NCBI RefSeq assembly: GCF_001194135.2
Contig: NC_068983.1
Span: 46,012,700-46,052,778 of the forward strand
Reading direction: 5' to 3'
From: Octopus bimaculoides
Lineage: Eukaryota
Length of the DNA stretch: 40,079 bases
The notes under the pieces were generated by a model that searched no databases, was not told the DNA's origin, and saw only the letters and a list, made by a program, of their open reading frames with translations. Below are positions 1-11,378 of this stretch, one piece after another (positions within the stretch are counted from its first letter, which is position 1; the number at the start of each line of letters is the position of its first letter). The translations under genes were made by a program, and so were the position numbers.

Positions 1-288
1 TTCCGTTACAATGTGACATCACAGTCCACATTGCCATTACTGAGATAGACAACCAAAATTTCAATAATTTACGCAATTAAAAATTTCCTAATGTAACATC
101 GACATGGTTATAAATTGTATAATCTTTTAATTCTTTTAAGAACTATTTATATTCAACATTAATATATTTTATACTGAGCACAGTATTTAAATAGACAAAC
201 AATTTGCTATCAGCAATGCGTCATATGCTGAAAGAGTTAATCTATAAAAGCGAGGATACTAAATATTTAATGTACTTCTAACTTTCAG

Positions 289-399
289 TTGATCCATGCA
301 GTAGCAATCCATGTCAGAATGGAGGTAAATGTACAAACAAGGGAGATAAGTTCGAATGTGAATGTGTCCCAGGATACAGAGGAGACGATTGTTCTATAG
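289..399 (+). CDS. EGF exon 1 (A type) [37 protein letters not shown]
   Basis: ttcag|TT GAT CCA ... ATA G|gttagt; 111 nt, phase 1-1, six-Cys EGF spacing. Confidence 0.92.
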   Translation: MIHAVAIHVRMEVNVQTREISSNVNVSQDTEETIVL

Positions 400-3300
400 G
401 TTAGTAATATTGTTTGATTCTGTTCATATTCTACCGAAACCATCTTTGTCTTTCACCCGTCAAATCGATAAAATATATATCAATTAAACATTGGGGTCGA
501 TTAAATCGACTTACAATCTCGTGCCAAAAATCGAAACCATTATTATTTTATTCTGTTATCTTTCCCACGCGGTCGACTTTGGATTTCATCCTTTCGAGGT
601 CGATACAATAAGTACCAACTAAGCACTGGGATCGATAAAATCCACTTATCCACTCTCCCGAAATTTCTGGGCTCCTCTGAAAATGTGAAACAAATATTTT
701 TTTATTCTATATATAGAGAGGCCCTATTTGTGCTTGCACCCTTTCTTACTTCATATAGACCAAAGCGAAGAAAAGGCAAGAGATATTGTTCCAAGGTAAA
801 CGGGATATTCTGGATCCACTGATTCTGGGAACATAAGAATCTTCCGATACAATGTGACATCAAACAGTCCATATTGCCATTGCTGAGATAGACAACCAAA
901 ATTTTAATAATTTACGCAATTAGAAATCTCCTAATGTAACATCGACTATTTTTTAATGAAAATATTGATAAATTTCATAATCTTTTAATTCTTTTAAAAA
1001 CTATTTGTATTCAACTTGAATGTATTTTATATTGAGTGCAGTATTTAAATAGACAAACAATTTGCTGTCAGTATAGCGTCATATGCTGACAGAGTTAATC
1101 TTTAAAAGCGAGGATACTAAATATTTAATGTACTTCTTACTTCCAGTTGATCCATGCAGTAGCAATCCGTGTAAGAATGGAGGTAAATGTACAAACAAGG
1201 GAGATAAGTTCGAATGTGAATGTGTCCCAGGATACAGAGGAGAAGACTGTTCTATAGGTTGGTACTCACATTTCATAATAAGCACACGCAAGCGTCGGGC
1301 TGTGTGTGAAAGTGCAGATCATATAAATTTAATTTTAGTCGTAAGTGATCACACCAAAAACGGACAGATATTTATACTCACTTAACATACACACAAGCTT
1401 AGTTCATCGTCATCTTCAACAACTTGGAAAGGTTCCTAAACTTGGAACATGGGTGCCTCATGAATTGTCTGAAAGATGACGATGAACAGTTGCATGGATT
1501 GAACTAAGTTTTATTGCCAATTCTTCAACTGATAATGCAGGAGTTTTTTCAAGTAATGCCTCAAGGAGCTTATCATCAAACTCAAGTGGACGTCCTATTC
1601 GATCTTCATCTTCAAGGCTGAAATCTCCACTTGTGAATTTTGCAAACCATCTTCTGCAAGTTCTTTCATTCAAGCATTCTTTCTCATAAGCTGAGTGTAT
1701 GTTTCGAGTCGCTTCGGCTGCAGAGTTTCCTTTTTTGTACTCATAAAGCATCGTGTGCTTTAAATGTTCTATGGATACTTCCATGTTAGGAAGGGCTTTA
1801 ATCAAAGAAATTTTAATTCTGTTATTCTGCAAAATAATATTTAATTAGTTTAAATGCAGACAAACGCATTAAAATAATTTTAAATTCCATTAGACATTCT
1901 AAAATACTATTNNNNNNNNNNNNNNNNNNNNNNNNNNNNNNNNNNNNNNNNNNNNNNNNNNNNNNNNNNNNNNNNNNNNNNNNNNNNNNNNNNNNNNNNN
2001 NNNNNNNNNNNNNNNNNNNNNNNNNNNNNNNNNNNNNNNNNNNNNNNNNNNNNNNNNNNNNNNNNNNNNNNNNNNNNNNNNNNNNNNNNNNNNNNNNNNN
2101 NNNNNNNNNNNNNNNNNNNNNNNNNNNNNNNNNNNNNNNNNNNNNNNNNNNNNNNNNNNNNNNNNNNNNNNNNNNNNNNNNNNNNNNNNNNNNNNNNNNN
2201 NNNNNNNNNNNNNNNNNNNNNNNNNNNNNNNNNNNNNNNNNNNNNNNNNNNNNNNNNNNNNNNNNNNNNNNNNNNNNNNNNNNNNNNNNNNNNNNNNNNN
2301 NNNNNNNNNNNNNNNNNNNNNNNNNNNNNNNNNNNNNNNNNNNNNNNNNNNNNNNNNNNNNNNNNNNNNNNNNNNNNNNNNNNNNNNNNNNNNNNNNNNN
2401 NNNNNNNNNNNNNNNNNNNNNNNNNNNNNNNNNNNNNNNNNNNNNNNNTGTGTGTGTGTGTGTGTATGTGAGTGTGTGTGTTTGTGTGTGTGTGTGTGTG
2501 TGTACAGAAAGAAAAAGATAAAGAGACCAATGGAAAAGTTAGAATTATATTTTATGGATAAAGTCTTACAGCTGTTTCAGGGAGAATCCAATGTATCCCT
2601 TCATCGGAGACGGTAATAGTAGAAGAATGGATTATTACATCTATAAGAGGAGATTTGTAGTAAGTGAGAGCGATGCGCAGAAAAAAGAACAAAGAAGTAA
2701 ACAACGCACAGAGTACTCCGGATACGATATAATATATATCCACATTTGCTACTACAATTATATCCGGAAAATTCCCACAAGGATTCTTTACATGGATGTT
2801 TACTGCTGGAATGGAGCTACACTCCAAGTACTGTTTCTTCTTTGTTCTTTTTTCTGCGCATCGCTCTCACTTCTTACTACAAATCTCCTCTTATAGATGT
2901 AATAATCCTTATCTTCTACTATTACCGTCTCCGATGAAGGGATACATTCGATTTTCCCTGAAACAGCTGTAAGACTTTATCCATAAAATAAAATTCTAAC
3001 TTTGCCATTGGTCTCTTTATCTTTTTCTTTCTTTATACATACACACGCTAATACACGATCTATGTTATATTCCCCACTCATGCTTATACAACGACAGGGG
3101 TAAAACTAGCCAGTATACAGCACTTGCTCGGTATTACCTGTATCTTTAGGGTTTGGTTGACTCCAATACCCTTCATAACCTTTATATGTGTATATATATA
3201 TATATATNNNNNNNNNNNNNNNNNNNNNNNNNNNNNNNNNNNNNNNNNNNNNNNNNNNNNNNNNNNNNNNNNNNNNNNNNNNNNNNNNNNNNNNNNNNNN

Positions 3301-6300
3301 NNNNNNNNNNNNNNNNNNNNNNNNNNNNNNNNNNNNNNNNNNNNNNNNNNNNNNNNNNNNNNNNNNNNNNNNNNNNNNNNNNNNNNNNNNNNNNNNNNNN
3401 NNNNNNNNNNNNNNNNNNNNNNNNNNNNNNNNNNNNNNNNNNNNNNNNNNNNNNNNNNNNNNNNNNNNNNNNNNNNNNNNNNNNNNNNNNNNNNNNNNNN
3501 NNNNNNNNNNNNNNNNNNNNNNNNNNNNGATATTTTGCTGGTTTACCTTTCAAGCGACGGAAGTAAAAAAAAGCTAAAATTTGTTTAAACGTCAATTCGA
3601 AGTCTAAACTAATTTCAATAATTAAGTGAAATAAATTAGTTTTTCCTTTGTTTTAAGTGGAGGAACAGATGAGCTAAGTTATTATTTTCTTCTTTTAGTT
3701 GATCCATGCAATAGCAATCCATGTCAGAATGGAGGTAAATGTACAAACAAGGGAGATAAATTCGAATGTGAATGTGTCCCAGGATACAGAGGAGATGATT
3801 GTTCCATAGGTTAGTAATATTATTTGATTCTGTTCATATTCTACCGAGACCAACTTTGCCTTTCACCCATCAGATCGATAAAATATTGTTCCAAGGTAAA
3901 CTGGAAATTCTGGATCCACTGATTCTGGGAACATAAGAATATTCCGTAACAATGTGACATCAAACAGTCCACATTGCCATTGCTAGGATAGACAACCAAA
4001 ATTTCAATCATTTACGCAATTAGAAATCTATTAATGTAACATCGAATTTTTTTAAATGAAAATATTGATAAATTTCATAATCTCTTAATTCTTTTCAGAA
4101 CTATTTCTATTCAACATGACTGTATTTTATACTGAGCACAGTATTTAAATAGACAAACAATTTGCTCTCAGCAAAGCTTCGTATGCTGAAAGAATTAATC
4201 TATAAAAGCGAAGATACTAAATATTTAATGTTCTTCTTACTTTCAGTTGATCCATGCAGTAGTAATCCGTGTAAGAATGGAGGTAAATGTACAAACAAAG
4301 GAGATAAGTTCGAATGTGAATGTGTCCCAGGATACAGAGGAGAAGACTGTTCTATAGGTTGGTACTCACATTTAATAATAGGAACGCAAGTGTCAGGTTG
4401 TGTGTGAAAGTGGACTATTAATTTATTTAAAAAAAACAGCGAATAACTCGGTCATTTTTACTGGTACGCGTACACAGAAACAATTGGCAAAACAGCCGAT
4501 ATAAATATTCGTTCCGCATAGCGTTCAATACAAATTACCTTTCGAAGCGTAAAACGTACTAACATTAATACATTTTCTCCAGCTCTAGTTTTCTTCAACG
4601 TTTCTAATACAGTAAGAGGTGACACTATATGTGTATATAAATGACCTAATGAAAGATCTTTGGGGACGTCTCTGAGACGACTGTATGAATCTGATCTTAT
4701 ACATGTAATTTAGCCCACTGGCGGTAGAAAATACGCGAAACCTGTATCAGTTTCGTATTTGCGTGAGACTGATGCAATGAATAAATTGATAAATAATTAT
4801 TACATAATAGAGATACGATATATTAATGTTACCACATTAATTCCTTGAACTAAGTTATTATTTTCCTCTTTTAGTTGATCCATGCAGTAGCAATCCATGT
4901 CAGAATGGAGGTAAATGTACAAACAAGGGAGATAAGTTTGAATGTGAATGTGTCCCAGCATACAGAGGAGATGATTGTTCCATAGGTTAGTAATATTATT
5001 TAATTCTATTCAAATTCTGCCGAGACCATATTTGCCTTTCACCTATCAGATCGATAAAATATATATCAATTAAACACTGGGGTCGTTTAACTCGACTTGC
5101 TTTCTCCTGCCAAAATTTCAAACCATTATTATTTTATTCTGTTATAATTCCTATGCGGTCGACTTTGGCTTTCATCTTTTCGAGGTTGATACAATAAGTA
5201 CCAACTAAGCACTGGGATCGATGTAATCCGCTTATCCACTCCCCCGAAATTTCTAGCATTGTGCGAAAATATGAAACCAATATTATTCAATTCTATGCAT
5301 AGAGAAGCCATCTTTGTGCTTGCACCCTTTCTTACTTCATATAGAACAGAACGAAGAAATGGCAAGAGATATTGTTCCAAAGTTAACTAGAAATTCTGGA
5401 TCCACTGATTCTGGGAACATAAGAAAATTCCGTTACAATGTGACATCACACAGTCCACATTGCCATTGCTGAGATAGACAACCAAAATTTCAATAATTTA
5501 CGCAATTAGAAATCTCCTAATGTAACATCGACTATTTTTTAATGAAAATATTGATAAATTTCATAATCTTTTAATTCTTTTAAAAACTATTTGTATTCAA
5601 CATGAATGTATTTTATATTGAGTGCAGTATTTAAATAGACAAACAATTTGCTGTCAGCATAGCGTCATATGCTCACAGAGTTAATCTTTAAAAGCGAGGA
5701 TACTAAATATTTAATGTACTCTTTTCATTCTATTAAGAACTATTTGTATTCAACGTGAATATATTTTATACTGAGCGCAGTACTTAAAGAGTCATCCAAT
5801 TTGCTGCCAGCAAAGCTTCATATGCTGAAACTGAAAGAGTTAATCCATAACAGCGATGATCCTAAATATTTAATGTACTTCTTACTTTCAGTTGATCCAT
5901 GCAGTAGTAATCCGTGTAAGAATGGAGGTAAATGTACAAACAAGGGAGATAAGTTCGAATGTGAATGTGTCCCAGGATACAGAGGAGAAGACTGTTCTAT
6001 AGGTTGGTACTCACATTTAATAATAAACACGCAAGCGACGGGCTGTGTGTCAAAGTGCAGATCTTATAAATTTAATTTTAGTCGTAAGTAATCACACCAA
6101 CAACGGACAAATATATACTCACATTACATAACATACACACATCAAACACACATACATATGGATATAAGTATATATATATATATATAAGAAATAGAAGACA
6201 AAGAAAATTCTTTAACACATCTTTTATTATAAGATACGCTTTGCCAAACCATCTGGCGGTGTAATCGTCATCAATCTTGGATTTTCAATGGCCAAAAGTA

Positions 6301-6574
6301 TTCCGTCTTTGGCTTGGATTCCGACAGTGTTTATAGCCAATTATTCGGGTTGAGTGCTTCTCTGGAAGTAACTCCACTTCATTCCCAAACTGACCCTAGC
6401 TATTTCCTCTCTCTATATTTGTATTAAGAAGAAAGAGTCAGTCAGAATTTTGGATAACTCTTTATTAGCTCTTTCACCCGTTCAATAAAACTCTTCAGAT
6501 ATACACGGCTTCAAACACTCTATACATACATCGATACATACATACATACATACATACATACATTCAGACATACA

Positions 6575-6670
<96 letters not shown>

Positions 6671-7905
6671 CAGAAATATATAATTAATAGTGACAGAAGC
6701 ACTATTGATAACAAAAGGTAATATTCATCTCCAGCTTAACGTGTACGCTGTGTTAGAACACAGAATACTGCGTTATTCATTTTGAGAGAATCTCTCAGAA
6801 TAATTCATGTTGCATAGACTCATACCTCATGCTACGTCGTTAATTAGTTCCAGGTGACGCAACTTATGTCGAAATATCCATTATTTAAATGTATTGATAT
6901 TGATAAATCTCATAATTTTTTAATTCTTTTACGAACTATTTGTATTCAACATGAATGTATTTTAAATTGAGCACAGTATTTAAATAAACAAACAATTTGC
7001 TGTCAGCAAAGCTTCATATGCTGCAAGAGTTAATCTATAAAAGCGGGGACACTAAATATTTAATGTACTTCTTACTTTCAGTTGATCCATGCAGTAGCAA
7101 TCCATGTCAGAATGGAGGTAAATGTACAAACAAGGGAGATCAGTTCGAATGTGAATGTATCCCAGGATACAGAGGAGACGATTGTTCCATAGGTTAGTAA
7201 TATTATTTGATTCTGTTCAAATTCTACCGAGACCAACTTGCCTTTCACCCAACAGATCGATAAAATATGTACCAATTGAGCATAGGGGTCGATGTAATCG
7301 ACTTACTCCTACCTAAGAACATGCTTGTCTCGTGCCAAAATTTGAAACCATTATAATTTCATTTTGTTATAATTCTTACGCGGTCGGGTTTGGCTTTCAT
7401 CCTTTCGAGTTCGATACAATAAGTACCAACTAAGCACTTGGATTGATGTAATCTGCTTATCCTAATGTAAATCTCCAAATGTGGCATCAACTATTTTTAA
7501 ATGAAAATATTGATAAATTTCACAATATGCTATTCTTTTAAAGACTCTTTGTATTCAACGTAAATGTATTTTAAATTGAGCACAGTATTTAAATAGACAA
7601 GCAATTTGCTACCAGCAAAGCTTTATATGCTGAAAGAGTTAATCTATAAAAGCGAAGATACTAAATATTTAATGTACTACTTACTTTCAGTTGATCCATG
7701 CAGTAGTAATCCGTGTAAGAATGGAGGTAAATGTACAAACAAGGGAGATAAGTTCGAATGTGAATGTGTCCCAGGATACAGAGGAGAAGACTGTTCTATA
7801 GGTTGGTACACACATTTCATAATAGGCACGCAAGCGTCGGGTTGTGTGTGAAAGTGCAGATCTTATAAATTTAATTTTAGGCGTAAGTAATCTCACGAAA
7901 AACGG

Positions 7906-7946
<41 letters not shown>

Positions 7947-10699
7947 NNNNNNNNNNNNNNNNNNNNNNNNNNNNNNNNNNNNNNNNNNNNNNNNNNNNNN
8001 NNNNNNNNNNNNNNNNNNNNNNNNNNNNNNNNNNNNNNNNNNNNNNNNNNNNNNNNNNNNNNNNNNNNNNNNNNNNNNNNNNNNNNNNNNNNNNNNNNNN
8101 NNNNNNNNNNNNNNNNNNNNNNNNNNNNNNNNNNNNNNNNNNNNNNNNNNNNNNNNNNNNNNNNNNNNNNNNNNNNNNNNNNNNNNNNNNNNNNNNNNNN
8201 NNNNNNNNNNNNNNNNNNNNNNNNNNNNNNNNNNNNNNNNNNNNNNNNNNNNNNNNNNNNNNNNNNNNNNNNNNNNNNNNNNNNNNNNNNNNNNNNNNNN
8301 NNNNNNNNNNNNNNNNNNNNNNNNNNNNNNNNNNNNNNNNNNNNNNNNNNNNNNNNNNNNNNNNNNNNNNNNNNNNNNNNNNNNNNNNNNNNNNNNNNNN
8401 NNNNNNNNNNNNNNNNNNNNNNNNNNNNNATATATATATATATATATATATATACAGGTGAATATGGTACTTAAGTTTAGGCACCAGAAATAAATATGGT
8501 ATTATCCATACAATTTCGAAATAAGGTGATTAAAATCAAGATAAGCAACAAGGATATCCAAAGTTAATGCAGTACGATCGTTTCATGCGACTCCATTTAA
8601 TTAAGCAATGTGAACACTACATCAATTATAAAATGCATTTTATACTTGACGCATTTTATACTTGATGAATAAACTGATAAATGATTATTAAATAATAGAG
8701 ATACTATGTATTAATGTTCCCACATTAATTTTTCAGTTGATCCATGCAGTAGCAATCCATGTCAGAATGGAGGTAAATGTACAAACAAGGAAGATCAGTT
8801 CGAATGTGAATGTGTCCCAGGATATAGAGGAGACGATTGTTCCATAGGTTAGTAATATTATTTGATTCTGTTCAAATTCTACCGAGACCAACTTTGCCTT
8901 TCACCCATCAGATCGATAAAATATGTACCAATTGAACATTGGGGTCGATGTAATCGACTTCCTCCTACCCACGAACTTGCTTGTCTCGTGCCAAAATTTG
9001 AAAATATTATTATTTTATTTTGTTATAATTCTTACGCGGTCGGGTTTGGCTTTCATCCTTTCGAAGTCGATACAATAAGTACCAAATAATCACTGGGATC
9101 GGGAACGATGTAATCCGCCTATCCTAATGTAAATCTCCTAATGTAACATCGACTATTTTTAAATGAAAATATTAATAAATTTCATAATCTTTTAATTCTT
9201 CTAAGAAGTATTTGTATTCAACATGAATATATATTTTATTTTAAGCGTGGTATTTAAATAGACAAACAATTTGCTCTCAGCATAGCGTCATATGCTCAAA
9301 GAGTTAATCTTTAAAAGCGAGGATACTAAATTTTTAATGTTCTTCTTACTTTCAGTTGATCCCTGCAGTAGCAATCCGTGTAAAAATGGAGGTAAATGTA
9401 CAAACAAGGGAGATAAGTTCGAATGTGAATGTGTCCCAGGATACAGAGGAGAAGACTGTTCTATAGGTTGGTACTCACATTTAATAATAGGCACGGAAGC
9501 GTCGGGCTGTGTGTGAAAGTGCAGATCTTATATAATTAATCAACGGACAGATACTTATACTCACATAACATACACACATAACATACACACATACACACAC
9601 ATACATATGGGCTTGTTTGTTGTACCTTGTTTATCATTTTGTCCATGTTCTTTTGCCACGTCATGTACCCAGTTATGTATCTATATGTACATGTAGATGA
9701 AGGTATGTACATACATGTACATAGATATGCATATACTCATATATTGTTTGTATCACGACAGAACGCACGCGTTAACCTTTATACAGTAGGTTTTAACTAT
9801 TTTTCTAACGCGACTCTCTCTATCCCCATATCTATCTACCCCTCTCATTCTTCCCTCTACTGTTCTTCGCCTCTACCTGTCACTATTATCTCTCTCTCTC
9901 TCTCTCTCTCTATCTCTTGTTACTCGTCCTTCGCCTCTCACCGCTACTACTACTATCTCTCTCTCTCTCTCTATCTCTCTCNNNNNNNNNNNNNNNNNNN
10001 NNNNNNNNNNNNNNNNNNNNNNNNNNNNNNNNNNNNNNNNNNNNNNNNNNNNNNNNNNNNNNNNNNNNNNNNNNNNNNNNNNNNNNNNNNNNNNNNNNNN
10101 NNNNNNNNNNNNNNNNNNNNNNNNNNNNNNNNNNNNNNNNNNNNNNNNNNNNNNNNNNNNNNNNNNNNNNNNNNNNNNNNNNNNNNNNNNNNNNNNNNNN
10201 NNNNNNNNNNNNNNNNNNNNNNNNNNNNNNNNNNNNNNNNNNNNNNNNNNNNNNNNNNNNNNNNNNNNNNNNNNNNNNNNNNNNNNNNNNNNNNNNNNNN
10301 NNNNNNNNNNNNNNNNNNNNNNNNNNNNNNNNNNNNNNNNNNNNNNTTCTTCGAAACGCCGGTGTTTTAATGGTGGCAGCTGATGAAGGAGATGTTTCTA
10401 TGTGGCTTGCTTGTTTGTTGTACCTTGTTTATCATTTTGTCTATGTTCTTTTGCCACGTCATATACCCAGTTATGTATCTATATGTACATGTAGATGAAG
10501 GTATGTACATACATGTACATATATATGCATGACTCCATTCTGACATGGATTGCCACTGCATGGCTCAACAGAACCCCACCCCGCCAAAAAGATTGGAAAA
10601 TTTGTCCCGTTAATACATCGAAACCTCTGTTCAGCGTGCAATATTTGGATGTATACACAAACACTGAACCCGAATACTGGGCCATCAACATTGCTGGAT

Positions 10700-10730
<31 letters not shown>

Positions 10731-11329
10731 NNNNNNNNNNNNNNNNNNNNNNNNNNNNNNNNNNNNNNNNNNNNNNNNNNNNNNNNNNNNNNNNNNNNNN
10801 NNNNNNNNNNNNNNNNNNNNNNNNNNNNNNNNNNNNNNNNNNNNNNNNNNNNNNNNNNNNNNNNNNNNNNNNNNNNNNNNNNNNNNNTATATAGCATAAA
10901 TTAAAAACAGAACACAAAGTATATTGCGGTACACGTGTTTCAAGCTTTATAAACAATGTGTTATTACATCAGCATAGATATATTATTGATATAAAAGATG
11001 GTGTAAAGCTCTCCTCAGCCGCAAACATTGTTAGTCCAAAGATTACATCACAAAAGGAAAAGTACACATAGTATTACCCATTATAAGAGGTTTACAACAT
11101 CCCTTTGAAAAGGTATGATTGTATACAGGTTGACTGGATTTCAAAAATCTGCCCATACTGTACCACTATTCAGCATAGAGTGAATGTTAAATAGATTGGA
11201 TTGAGTTTATATTTAACTAGCGTGTATAAGGTAGAAAGAAAAGAGTAATCCGGATAAAGTTAACCCCTTTTTGACCATGAGTTAGAGTTAACACCCTTTT
11301 TTTACACCGCCTGTGAAAAGTCTAGGCAG

Positions 11330-11378
<49 letters not shown>

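Larger units (their letters stand above)
2506..3032. mobile_element. Long inverted repeat (~200-bp arms, ~130-bp spacer); Penelope pLTR-like or MITE-like
   Basis: 2506-2703 is the reverse complement of 2832-3032 with few mismatches; flanked by TG/CA microsatellite. Confidence 0.8.

Noticed and set aside
6190-6500. Shared block gagtcagtcagaattttggataa (also ~13117, ~15012, ~37822)
   Set aside because: Clearly a dispersed repeat, but I cannot classify it or delimit its ends; no coding signal
1912-10888. Possibility that the N gaps hide additional EGF exons
   Set aside because: Cannot be assessed from the sequence. The exon count of 16 is a minimum, and the RGD/RGE alternation is stated only for visible exons.
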